From: a virus
Lineage: Duplodnaviria; Caudoviricetes
Length of the DNA: 61,383 nucleotides
Strand: one strand, 5' to 3'
Virus record (IMG/VR): IMGVR_UViG_3300036833_000473
Location: 1-61,383 of that record
The notes beneath the pieces are model-generated. The model searched no databases and was not told the origin of the DNA. It saw only the letters and a list, made by a program, of their open reading frames with translations. The position numbers were made by a program, and so were the translations under genes. Positions 17,475 to 26,272 of this stretch are shown piece after piece. The stretch's first letter is position 1, and each line of letters starts with the position of its first letter.

Positions 17475-19265
17475 CTAGCCCTCGTACACCAGCTTCCCGT
17501 CTCGCGGTGTCGCGGTTCGGAATACCTGTCCCCATGCCATCGAGGCTCTTCCTGCCGGCTCGGCCAGGATGAGTTTCTTGCGCGCCCGGCTCATGCCGAC
17601 GTAGAAGAGGCGGATGGCCTCATCGGTTCCGCTCAGCTCCTCGCTGGCCGGGCTGACGTCGGGGAACAGGATCACCGTGTCGGCTTCTCCGCCCTTCACG
17701 CTGTGAATAGTGCCTACGATCACTTTGGGGGTCTCGCTCAGGCTTTCCACGCCTTTGCCCCAGATGAGGCTGAGCGGCAGGTCGAAGTGGTTGAACTCGG
17801 TGTCCGGTAATAGCTCGCCCCACCAGTGGGCGAGCGCGCCCTGGCCCTTCTCGAAGGCGGTGAGCAGGTCCACCAGCCGGTTTTCCACGAACAGGCTGGC
17901 CAGGTCGCTCATCTCGATAGCCTTCTCCGGGGCGAGCTGATGGAGCCGCTCGCGCGCCCCGCTCATTAGCAGGGAGATGTTGTTGGGTAGGGCGCCGGTC
18001 CACTGCGCGAGCTCCCGCGCCCGCCAGGGCCGCTCCCTCCCGTTGCGGCCCTCCGCTCCGATAAAGGGGCCGAGGAGTGCGCGCAGGATGGATACCGGCC
18101 GGTCCGGGGTGCTCGCGTCCAGCGGGTTCCAGGCCTGCTGGTGGATTCGGTAGGGGTTGTGGAAGGGAATCTCGTGGTCGCTCAGGTCGGTGAGCAGGGG
18201 TCGCAACATGTAGGCGCATGTGGCCAGCAGCATCACCGTGCGCCCCCCGGTGATTTCGCCCCAAATGGCGTCGGTGATGCCGGGTACCGGGTCCTTCCAG
18301 GTGCCAAAGCCGAATTCCACGCTGCCTGCGGCGTCGCGCGGCCGGTAGTGCTTTTCCTGGCGCCGCGCGCCCAGCTGGCGGATCCACTGGTTGACCGCGC
18401 GGTGCACCATGAGGGGCAGGCGGTGGCTTTGCGTCAGGATGACTTTGTGGGTTTCGGGTAGATTCTGGTCGAGCAGGCTGCGCGGGCTGGCGCCAGTCCA
18501 CGAAAAAATGCACTGGTCGTCGTCCCCCGCGGAGAGAAAGTACTCGGCATGGTTACCCCATTGCCGCAGGAGCTTCCACTGCTGCGGCGTCAGGTCCTGG
18601 GCCTCATCGATGAACAGGGCCTGCGGCCGGCCGGGAGCGATCTTGAAGTTCTCGATCGCCAGGTCGATCAGGTCGGGAAAGTCGTAGACCTTGTGTTGCT
18701 GTTTGAATTGTTGCCACCGGGCATAAATTTCCCGCGCGTCGCTCGGCCACAGCTCCATCGGGAGCAATAGGCCGCGCATGCGGTGGATGCTCTCGAGCCA
18801 GTCGCCGCGCTGACTTACCGGGTCGTCGCCGGTCAGTTCGCGGTGACTGCGCAGCTTGCCGATGCGCAGTTGGGGGTGGAGGTTGTTCCACAGCCGGATC
18901 ACGTCCGCGTCGTCGGTCAGCTTGGGTTTGCCGAGCGCGCGGTAGCAGTGGGCGTGCAGCGTGCCGATGGTTTCTTCGGCAATCGGCAGACCGCGGCCGG
19001 CGAGCTCGACTGCGGCAGCTTTGCTGAAGCTCGTGATCAGGAGCGCCTTCGGCCCCAGGCGTTCGAACTCCTGGCGGATTTTATATTCGACCGCGGTGGT
19101 CTTGCCGCAGCCCGGGGCGCCGTAGAGCTGATATTCGTTGGTGATGGAGTGGTCCTGTTGTCCAACCTGGTCAAGGGCGGCAGCCGTTTTCGGGTCGATC
19201 GGTTTGGCGGGAATTCTGCCGAGGGCTTCGGTGAAATCTTCCGGCTGCCAGCTGGGTGCGCTCAT
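17475..19265 (-). CDS. UvrD/Rep-like SF1 helicase
   Basis: GAPGCGKTT, GTLHA, IDEAQD, GDDDQ, TIHSVKGGEAD, YVGMSRA. Confidence 0.92.
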   Translation of the reverse strand: MSAPSWQPEDFTEALGRIPAKPIDPKTAAALDQVGQQDHSITNEYQLYGAPGCGKTTAVEYKIRQEFERLGPKALLITSFSKAAAVELAGRGLPIAEETIGTLHAHCYRALGKPKLTDDADVIRLWNNLHPQLRIGKLRSHRELTGDDPVSQRGDWLESIHRMRGLLLPMELWPSDAREIYARWQQFKQQHKVYDFPDLIDLAIENFKIAPGRPQALFIDEAQDLTPQQWKLLRQWGNHAEYFLSAGDDDQCIFSWTGASPRSLLDQNLPETHKVILTQSHRLPLMVHRAVNQWIRQLGARRQEKHYRPRDAAGSVEFGFGTWKDPVPGITDAIWGEITGGRTVMLLATCAYMLRPLLTDLSDHEIPFHNPYRIHQQAWNPLDASTPDRPVSILRALLGPFIGAEGRNGRERPWRARELAQWTGALPNNISLLMSGARERLHQLAPEKAIEMSDLASLFVENRLVDLLTAFEKGQGALAHWWGELLPDTEFNHFDLPLSLIWGKGVESLSETPKVIVGTIHSVKGGEADTVILFPDVSPASEELSGTDEAIRLFYVGMSRARKKLILAEPAGRASMAWGQVFRTATPRDGKLVYEG

Positions 19266-19592
19266 TTAAGATTCCCCTCTCTTGCTGGTGCCTTGACTTT
19301 CGGGACCACAGTCGGTCTCGATCGCAATATCCAGTATGGTCTGTACAATCGCGTACCAGTCGTCGTCTTTGAATTGAGGAATGAAATGCCGGAGGTGGCT
19401 ACTGGCGACGATTTTGCGGAATCGTTGCTGATCGAGCAGGTTTTCGATTCCGCCCAGCCAGATCGTGGTGCCGTCGGTCAGATCCAGCCGGCAGTTGGTA
19501 TTGTTGTGCAATTTGCGCAGGAGCGGGATGTTGCAGCCTAGCTTTGCCGCATCGTGAAGCCTCTCTACGAGTGTCTTGGGTGTTTCGTTCAT
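19266..19592 (-). CDS. Hypothetical protein paralogous to a primase C-terminal segment
   Basis: DLTDGTTIWL...F+.++W similar to primase DLADGRSIWL. Confidence 0.65.
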   Translation of the reverse strand: MNETPKTLVERLHDAAKLGCNIPLLRKLHNNTNCRLDLTDGTTIWLGGIENLLDQQRFRKIVASSHLRHFIPQFKDDDWYAIVQTILDIAIETDCGPESQGTSKRGES

Positions 19593-21367
19593 TTCGGATC
19601 TCCTTCTCTTGTTTTGGTGTATTTGGCAAATGGAAAATTACTTGCCGGCAGCAGCCAGCGGCTTTGTTCCTGGATATTAGGGCCACGAACTCGCTTACGC
19701 GTGGCGCCGATTAAGCGCAGCGCCTGCGTGATGGCGTTGAGGGAGAGTTTCTGGTTGGCGTTGCGTTCCAGCCAGCTCATGAGATGCAGCGGGCTGACGG
19801 CTACCAGTCCTTCGATGAGGGTCGGCAGGTTCCGGTTTTGGAACGGTTGCCCGTCAATTTCGGGGATAAAGGGGTTTTTATTCAGGTATTGGTCCAGCTG
19901 GATGCGCATGTTGCCGGCGGCATGGTTCTCCGGGCCGCCGTCGATCTTAATCAGGGCGTCCAGCATGTTCTGCGCGAGGATTGACCATTCGGCGCGTTTG
20001 AAGGGGCGCAGAAAGTGCTCGAGTTCACTGGTGGCGAGGGCTAGGCGCAGCGCGTCCTGGTTAATCAGCGTGTGCGTGTCTTTCAGCCAGATCGACCTGC
20101 CATCGGCCAGGTCCAGTGTGTAGCTTGGGTTGTCGCCGGTGATTTTGCAGATCCTCAGCAGTGGCGGGATCTCGAGGTCGCGGCCTGCCTGGCCGGCGAG
20201 CCGTGCCTTCGCTATCGCTGGATCGGCCGGTGGCGGCGCGCTCGCTGCGGCCGCCTCGGGAGGTGCTGCGGCATCTGGCGCCGCCTTCTGTGCGGGCGCT
20301 GCCGTGCTGTTACCGGCTTCTTCTTCGGTCTCCTCGATTTCTTTTTCGCTGGCGGCGATGCCCCCGGTGGTGATGGAGCCGCGGGTGGCGCCCTTGGACA
20401 GGGTGAGCAGGTAATAATTCAATTTGGTGCGTGCCGGTCGCCCGTCCTTGCGGCGGTGCTGGACGATTAGGTCGATAATTTGTTGCGGCGCTAATTTCAC
20501 GTCGAAACCGAAGTCGGTGAGCGCCATGTCGTAGCCGGATTGCGTGCTGTCCTTCAGGTCGGTGCGCTGGCGGAGCCAGGTCCGCCGGAAGCGCTCGTTG
20601 CCCTCGAGCCACAATTCAATCTGCTCGGGTGGCAGCGCGGCGTCCAGGTTCACCCTCAGGTCGCCATTATTCTGGAATACTGCTGGTTTAGGTGCGGCGT
20701 CCTCCTGCGGAATCCCCATCTGGTCGAGGTACCACGCAAGCTCGCTCAGGTTATAGCGCGCGTCGCGCTGCTCGAGTACGGTGACGGGCCTAGGGTCTCC
20801 GGGGTCCTTGTAGTTGCGCGTGCCGGGGATGCGCATCACGCGCGCCAAGTCGCTCAGCCGGTCGAGCGCCCAGCCGCGCGCGGCCGCGCGCAATCCCAGC
20901 AGGGTCTGCCAGCGGTGGACGATGCGCGCTGCGGCGGTGCGCTCCTCGGCGCTGCCGAAGCGCGCGATCTCGCGCAAGAGCCACCAGGCGTGACACCCGT
21001 GACCGGTATCCACAATGAGCGACGGTGGAAATTCCGCGGGTATCACGCTGAGCGCTTCGGCGAGCGTGGCGGGCAGCGCCTTCTTCGGATGGATCGGTCC
21101 TGCCAGGTCGAAGTCCTGCCAGACGCCAGCGATCGCGGTGATCTCTTCCGACGGGCATCGGAAGTGTTTCCCGCGGTCGCTGGCGCTCAGGCCGACGCCC
21201 AGGTAGCAGTCCAGGTGCAGCGAGCCGGCGATCACCTGAGCGGCCTGGTTGAGGTTTTGGCGCCAGTGAGACAATTTGAGCGTGTCGCCCTGGTGCGTCC
21301 AAATGAGTACGTAATCGTCTGGGGGCTTGTCTGCCCACAGTAGGTACAAGAATTCGAGGGGCGTCAT
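19589..21367 (-). CDS. RepB-like AEP-family DNA primase
   Basis: WQDFD, VDTGHGCHAWW, DLARVMRIPGTRNYK, SGYD helical domain. Confidence 0.85.
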   Translation of the reverse strand: MTPLEFLYLLWADKPPDDYVLIWTHQGDTLKLSHWRQNLNQAAQVIAGSLHLDCYLGVGLSASDRGKHFRCPSEEITAIAGVWQDFDLAGPIHPKKALPATLAEALSVIPAEFPPSLIVDTGHGCHAWWLLREIARFGSAEERTAAARIVHRWQTLLGLRAAARGWALDRLSDLARVMRIPGTRNYKDPGDPRPVTVLEQRDARYNLSELAWYLDQMGIPQEDAAPKPAVFQNNGDLRVNLDAALPPEQIELWLEGNERFRRTWLRQRTDLKDSTQSGYDMALTDFGFDVKLAPQQIIDLIVQHRRKDGRPARTKLNYYLLTLSKGATRGSITTGGIAASEKEIEETEEEAGNSTAAPAQKAAPDAAAPPEAAAASAPPPADPAIAKARLAGQAGRDLEIPPLLRICKITGDNPSYTLDLADGRSIWLKDTHTLINQDALRLALATSELEHFLRPFKRAEWSILAQNMLDALIKIDGGPENHAAGNMRIQLDQYLNKNPFIPEIDGQPFQNRNLPTLIEGLVAVSPLHLMSWLERNANQKLSLNAITQALRLIGATRKRVRGPNIQEQSRWLLPASNFPFAKYTKTREGDPK

Positions 21368-21933
21368 GTGTCGTTATTCGCTTTCACATAATCAGCGCCC
21401 ACCCGGCGGGTGGGCGGGCGTTTCGGCGGCCGGTGTTCTTTGGTGATCCGCCACCCGTCGATGGGTGCCCCGAACCACATTTCCGCGGTGGCGCGGGCGT
21501 GGCGGGCGTAAGGGGTGGCGAACTTTTTCCGATACTCCTTGGGCTGCCAGATCAGCCACCGTGGACCAGTGCGCCGCAAAATAACCTCGATCGCAGTGGT
21601 ACTTGTGGTCTCCGTGCCTGTGCCGCTCAGCATGGCGGTGACTTCGTCGCACCCATCTAGCGGATCCGGCGGGGGCGGTGTCCAGGCGGGATCGATCAGC
21701 CCCACCGGGAAGGTCGCCATATCGCGGAAGCGTTCCCCGTCCCAGTAGGTAATCGTGGCGTCATCCATCTCCGCGTCGGCCGGGATGTCGGCCAGCTCGA
21801 CCAGTGGGGCGCCGAGCTCCTGGGCAATTTCTTCCCGGCTCTTCCCGGCGAGAGCCATGGGATAGCGGATGGACTCGCGGGCATGTTGTTGAAAACGGCG
21901 TAGCCGTGCCAGGCTGTAGAGGCGTTCGGCCAT
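21364..21933 (-). CDS. Hypothetical protein
   Basis: Operon position; ATGA overlap. Confidence 0.65.
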   Translation of the reverse strand: MAERLYSLARLRRFQQHARESIRYPMALAGKSREEIAQELGAPLVELADIPADAEMDDATITYWDGERFRDMATFPVGLIDPAWTPPPPDPLDGCDEVTAMLSGTGTETTSTTAIEVILRRTGPRWLIWQPKEYRKKFATPYARHARATAEMWFGAPIDGWRITKEHRPPKRPPTRRVGADYVKANNDT

Positions 21934-21954
21934 TGCGTGTACTCTTTCGGTTTC

Positions 21955-21990
21955 GCCTCAGCTATCAGGCCGCTGAGTAGGCATTACTGG
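21955..21990 (-). repeat. Solitary CRISPR-repeat copy A
   Basis: gcctcagctatcaggccgctgagtaggcattactgg; CTCAGC/GCTGAG stem as in the array. Confidence 0.85.
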
Positions 21991-22035
21991 TCTGAGCAGC
22001 TCGAGTGCTTCCCGGGCATTATGCACCACGCCCGT

Positions 22036-22071
22036 GCCTCAGCTATCAGGCCGCTGAGTAGGCATTATCGG
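22036..22071 (-). repeat. Solitary CRISPR-repeat copy B (81 bp from A)
   Basis: gcctcagctatcaggccgctgagtaggcattatcgg; overlaps the VRR-NUC stop codon. Confidence 0.85.
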
Positions 22072-22359
22072 TCGGAGCAGTTCGAGTGCTTCGTGTGCAT
22101 TATGCACTACGCCTGCAATAGCGCCGGCACACCGCCACTCTTTCAGGCGCGCCGTTTGCAGGGGCGTAGGGATGTTTCCGGGCCTCTTGACTTCAAGCTC
22201 AAAATGGCGGCCGGCGACCACTCCGTACAGGTCGGGATCGCCGGCTGTGCCGAGCGCGGTTCCCCAGCGCTTGCGCACCACCAGGCCCGGAATTTGCCTT
22301 AGGGCCTTTACGATCGCGCGCACCAGCGAGCTTTCCCGCGCTGGGGCAGGGCGCGCCAT
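22039..22359 (-). CDS. VRR-NUC domain nuclease
   Basis: ESSL, GDPDL, LEVKRPG..TPLQ. Confidence 0.88.
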   Translation of the reverse strand: MARPAPARESSLVRAIVKALRQIPGLVVRKRWGTALGTAGDPDLYGVVAGRHFELEVKRPGNIPTPLQTARLKEWRCAGAIAGVVHNAHEALELLRPIMPTQRPDS

Positions 22360-22363
22360 AGTT

Positions 22364-23134
22364 TTATCGCGTGGTCTCTTCGGCCGTGTAGTCGGTCGCG
22401 TCGATCATCGCTGGGGTGAGCAGCTCCTTCATCTTTTGGTGGTATGGCTTGAGCGCGCGCACTTCCTTCTCCCCCAGGCGCCGGGAGAGAGAAAGCACCA
22501 GCCGCGCGTAGGCGATGCCGCCCTCGTTGTTGGCCTTCTCGAGCGTGAGCCGGGTGATGGTGGCCCAGTAGGGGATCTGCGCGCTCAATAGCTGCATGTT
22601 GTATTGCGTAAACGCCTTGAGCGAGGTAGGCGGCACGCTCAACAGGTGCGGCAGAATTTCGCCGGGTCGCAGCAGGAGCAGTTGGCGGATGTCTTTGCAG
22701 GCTTGCCCGGCGCCGGGGTTGCCGTTGGGCAATACCGCGGTGCCGAACTGGGCGTAGTGGCAGTCGGCGCAGCGGCCGCCGGGATCGCCGATGCCGACCA
22801 GGCCGTCTTTCGAGGTGCAGTCCGGGGGCTTGTGGCCGCCTGAAAAGTTGCCTCTCCAGAACAGGCGTGCCGAGCGGAAGGCGGTCAGGATGCCTTCGAG
22901 CTCCTTTTCGGGCTGCTCGCCGGCGAGAGTCTGTACCCGGAAGGCCAGGCTGCCGCCGCTTGGCATCTGAATGCGGGGAAAGTTGAGAATTGAGAAATTG
23001 GGGCTGAGGCTTTCATTGAGCAGCTCGATGGTGCTCTGGCTGCTTTCCGGCCGCAGCAGGGCGTAGGGTTCGACCATCTCGGGGTCTTTACCGAGAGTGG
23101 CGAGGTCTTGTGGGGGTTGTGCTTGTTTTGGCAT
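22364..23134 (-). CDS. Putative ssDNA-binding replication protein
   Basis: FPRI, PPDCTS.DG, CADC..QFG, ACK, PPTSLK motifs; acidic tail. Confidence 0.6.
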   Translation of the reverse strand: MPKQAQPPQDLATLGKDPEMVEPYALLRPESSQSTIELLNESLSPNFSILNFPRIQMPSGGSLAFRVQTLAGEQPEKELEGILTAFRSARLFWRGNFSGGHKPPDCTSKDGLVGIGDPGGRCADCHYAQFGTAVLPNGNPGAGQACKDIRQLLLLRPGEILPHLLSVPPTSLKAFTQYNMQLLSAQIPYWATITRLTLEKANNEGGIAYARLVLSLSRRLGEKEVRALKPYHQKMKELLTPAMIDATDYTAEETTR

Positions 23135-23227
23135 AATAGTTGACATTCCTTTGTTGGTTAGTGGGTGTTTGACTAATCGCTGCGTCTCTGGAAGGGACGC
23201 AGCGAAAAATTGGGACTGTCCCGTCCC

Positions 23228-23263
23228 GTCCCGAGTATCAAGCCCTCGGGCAGGCATTTCAAC
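23228..23263 (-). repeat. Solitary CRISPR-repeat copy C
   Basis: gt-cccgag-tatcaagcc-ctcggg-caggca-tttcaac: same 36-nt layout, covaried stem. Confidence 0.85.
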
Positions 23264-23753
23264 GCCATGTTTTTAACACCTGGACGCGGTATGTGGGTTC
23301 GATGCGCACCACCTTGGCGAGCTCCGGCGGCAGCATCGACAAAGTGTTTTCGATGGAGCCCGCGTTTTCCTCGAGCTGGCGCACATAGGTGGTGAGCGAC
23401 TTGGTGGAGTACACCTCTTTGACGTAATGTGCCAGCCCGCATTCTTTGAGCGCTTCGATCACCTGCTCGTCGGTGGCGTGCGCCGCCGGATAGATCCACG
23501 GCTCGCGGTGTGGCGAAAGCGTGTAGCCTTCGATCTTGATCTTCTGGTACCCGCCCTCTCCGAAGTAGCTCAGCACCTGCGGTTCGAGCAGGCGCAGGCG
23601 GGCTTCGACCGCGCGGGTTTCGGCGGCCAGCTCGCGCTTGCGGATGGTCAGGCGGACCAGGTCGGTGAAGGCCTGGTGCTCGGGAGTTTCCTCTACTAGC
23701 TGATGATCATTGGGGAACAGCATTGCCTTTAACCTCGCTAAGGACACTTTCAA
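23259..23753 (-). CDS. Hypothetical replication-module protein
   Basis: Coiled-coil start; operon position. Confidence 0.7.
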   Translation of the reverse strand: MKVSLARLKAMLFPNDHQLVEETPEHQAFTDLVRLTIRKRELAAETRAVEARLRLLEPQVLSYFGEGGYQKIKIEGYTLSPHREPWIYPAAHATDEQVIEALKECGLAHYVKEVYSTKSLTTYVRQLEENAGSIENTLSMLPPELAKVVRIEPTYRVQVLKTWR

Positions 23754-25116
23754 TCAGGTCGGCGCGCCGCTCGAGCGCGCCCTCAATAATCTCGTCAATG
23801 GAGTTTCGGATGGTAAGGTGGTAAAACACAACCGGCCGTTTCTGTGGCGGCCGGTGGATACGAGCTCTGCTTTGCACGTAGTCGGTCAAAGAAAATCCGA
23901 ATGAGTAGTAGATACCGATGCGTGCGCGGGTGAGCGAGATGCCCACGCCGCCGGCCTGGATTTGCACGGCGAGCACGCTGGGCCCGTCGCTTGTACTCGT
24001 CTGCCACAGCTTGAGCTCATCCACGTTCCCACTTAGCTCGGCCGAGGTGCGGCCGGCTTTCTGAGCGGCGCGGTGAATGGCCTTGAGATCGCTTCTGAAG
24101 CGCGCGAAGATGACCACGGCTTCGTCCGGGTCCAGATCTTCAAGCAAGTCTTCCAGCAGATCTTCTTTGCGGGTATCGACCTGGTGCTCGAATCCTTCGT
24201 CGTCTTTGAGAGTGCCGCCGGTGATCTGTTGCAGGCGCAGCAGGCGCACTAGAGCATTGGCCGCGGTGACTTCCTTGCCTTCTTCGATCCAGGCCAGGAG
24301 GTCGCGTTCCATGTCGGCGTAGAGCCTGGCGGCGCGTTCCCCGAGGCCGACAGTAAGTACCTGGTCGAGCTCGGGCGGCAGTTCGAGCACTTCGTCGGTG
24401 ACGCGATAGGCAATCGAATAGAACTTACGGTTGAGCTCTTCGAGCTCTTTATATCCTTTTATCTCTTTATCGTAATAGCCGCCCATGATGGCGTGGCGCA
24501 GCTTGAAGCTGCCAAACGTCGGATCGAGGACACTGGGATCGAGGAAGCGGAACTGGCCCCAGATGTCGAGCGGGTTGTGTGCCATGGGCGTGCCGGTGAG
24601 CGCCAGGCGGTAGTGGGCGCGCAGGCCCAGCTGGCCGAGAAAGCGCGAGTTGCGCGAGGATGCCTCTTTGCATTTGTGGCTTTCGTCTGCGATGACGAGC
24701 GGCCATGCGTTGATGAGTGCCCAGTGGGCGAACGGCTCTGCTCTGCCGGACTCATAGTTGATGCAGATGGCCAGGCGTTTCCGGCGTGCCGTGGCCCAGG
24801 CCAGCGCGTTGCGCGCCCGCTCGGTCTTCTCGGCGATCGTGCCGGAGCGGTCGTCGAGTGCAAGGAATTCATACGGTACGCTGGCGAACTGTGCAAACTG
24901 TGCACGCCAGACTTCCACCACGCGCAGCGGGCAGAGAATCAGAACGGGCGACAGGTTGAAATCGCAGGTAAGATCAATGGCAATTTTTGACTTGCCGCAG
25001 CCCATGGCTAGTGCTAGTAGTGCCCCGTGCCGGCCGCTTTTCCACAGCCTCTCCACAAAGTGATAAGCTGCGACCTGGTGCTTCCAGCTGGCCACTGGCG
25101 TGCGTACGCAATTCAT
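23707..25116 (-). CDS. SNF2-family helicase
   Basis: MGCGKS, ADESH, ALTGTP, GGVGISLT, QSRARIHR. Confidence 0.92.
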   Translation of the reverse strand: MNCVRTPVASWKHQVAAYHFVERLWKSGRHGALLALAMGCGKSKIAIDLTCDFNLSPVLILCPLRVVEVWRAQFAQFASVPYEFLALDDRSGTIAEKTERARNALAWATARRKRLAICINYESGRAEPFAHWALINAWPLVIADESHKCKEASSRNSRFLGQLGLRAHYRLALTGTPMAHNPLDIWGQFRFLDPSVLDPTFGSFKLRHAIMGGYYDKEIKGYKELEELNRKFYSIAYRVTDEVLELPPELDQVLTVGLGERAARLYADMERDLLAWIEEGKEVTAANALVRLLRLQQITGGTLKDDEGFEHQVDTRKEDLLEDLLEDLDPDEAVVIFARFRSDLKAIHRAAQKAGRTSAELSGNVDELKLWQTSTSDGPSVLAVQIQAGGVGISLTRARIGIYYSFGFSLTDYVQSRARIHRPPQKRPVVFYHLTIRNSIDEIIEGALERRADLIESVLSEVKGNAVPQ

Positions 25117-25379
25117 GTCTTGATCCCTGCGCGCTGTGCGGCTATACTCAGCGCCAGTAGCAGTGTGAGGTCTTCGGGGCGGGGTGGCGTAAGCGGGTGA
25201 GAAGTATAATACGTGAGCACTCTGAGTACTTGACCTCCCAGGTCGGGGGCTAAGTACAACTCTATGAGTGCCAGCACTAACGGGTCATGGTAGTAAATCG
25301 CGGATTCGGGTAAGCTTTGTCTCGGCTTCTCGACTGCCGAGCAGGTATCGGTAGAAGATTGTGACTTACACATCGTCAT
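25113..25379 (-). CDS. Hypothetical protein (start uncertain)
   Basis: ATGA overlap with helicase. Confidence 0.45.
   Translation of the reverse strand: MTMCKSQSSTDTCSAVEKPRQSLPESAIYYHDPLVLALIELYLAPDLGGQVLRVLTYYTSHPLTPPRPEDLTLLLALSIAAQRAGIKT
25319..25354 (-). repeat. Solitary CRISPR-repeat copy D
   Basis: gt-ctcggc-ttctcgact-gccgag-caggta. Confidence 0.65.
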
Positions 25380-25449
25380 ACGTTTGTCCTTTATCCGGCT
25401 TAAGCCGGTGTGTGACTGTGACGACTGGTTTATTTCGGATTGTCAATTC

Positions 25450-25487
25450 GTCTCGGCTTGCTATGGCCGCCGAGCGGGCATTGAGGT
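25450..25487 (-). repeat. Solitary CRISPR-repeat copy E
   Basis: gt-ctcggc-ttgctatggcc-gccgag-cgggca-ttg. Confidence 0.78.
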
Positions 25488-25491
25488 TTTT

Positions 25492-25520
25492 ATTCTTGAC
25501 CTTGCAACCCAAATTGTCAA
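25492..25520 (-). promoter_or_regulatory. Candidate promoter of the replication operon
   Basis: TTGACA-17-AAGAAT on the minus strand. Confidence 0.5.
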
Positions 25521-25601
25521 CTTCAAAAATATTGGGTGCGGGAGCGTCTGGCGGAATACACACCGACCAGTTTTTAAACTGCTTGCAAAGGAGTGGTACT
25601 T

Positions 25602-26165
25602 ATGTCCAACAAAGGTTCCAAATCGGGTTCCAAGGCAGCGCCTTCGAAGAAAGTCGCGAAAGTCAAGAGTAATCGCGGGCGCAAATTAGAAAAAGTTCAA
25701 ATCAGTGTGCGGCTGGATAAGCCGTGCATGGATGTTCTTTACCGCCTGGTCAAGACGGAAGGCTATCGCATCACCGATCTTCTCGAGCGCGGCGCCATTT
25801 ACGTGTTGAGAGAAGAGATGGGCGAGTCGCCGGAGATGAAGGCCTTGCGCTTTATGATCGGCGAGATGCCGGCCAAGTCTCAGCGGAGACTGGTGTGCTG
25901 TTTCACATATTTTTGTTTGACTCAGGATTTTTCTATTACCGAGCGTCACGTTGAGGAGATGATGAACGGGATTCTCGATGCCTGGGAGCACGATCCACGT
26001 CACGAGAGATCGCTGCTGGAGTTCTACGCGCAGATGCGGGACAAGCGTAGCAAGGGTGGGGGCGAAGATGGGGATGGGAATGGGGACGGTGGCGGTTCCT
26101 CTGGTTCGCCTTCGGGAATGGCTTCGCCCAGTACCGTGGTTGCTTCTTCTCCAGGCCAAATGTAA
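25602..26165 (+). CDS. Putative transcriptional regulator (RHH-like)
   Basis: RBS AAAGGAG; KVQISVRLDK...ITDLLERG; divergent from replication operon. Confidence 0.6.
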   Translation: MSNKGSKSGSKAAPSKKVAKVKSNRGRKLEKVQISVRLDKPCMDVLYRLVKTEGYRITDLLERGAIYVLREEMGESPEMKALRFMIGEMPAKSQRRLVCCFTYFCLTQDFSITERHVEEMMNGILDAWEHDPRHERSLLEFYAQMRDKRSKGGGEDGDGNGDGGGSSGSPSGMASPSTVVASSPGQM

Positions 26166-26272
26166 ATAACAGTTGCAAAAAATACGGGTTGCTCATCAGT
26201 TTCGCCCAGTACCGTGGTCGCTTCTTCTCCAACGCCAAATGTGAATAAACAGTTGCAAAAGATACGGGTTGC
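26123..26272 (+). repeat. Imperfect tandem duplication, 78-bp period
   Basis: ttcgcccagtaccgtggt...gttgcaaaa.atacgggttgc at 26123 and 26201. Confidence 0.9.

Noticed and set aside
23567-23600. Repeat-like ctcagc...gagcaggc inside a CDS
   Set aside because: Stem does not pair
25387-25398. 11/12 match to the spacer at 4506-4521
   Set aside because: Adjacent bases are AAG, not TTN; too short
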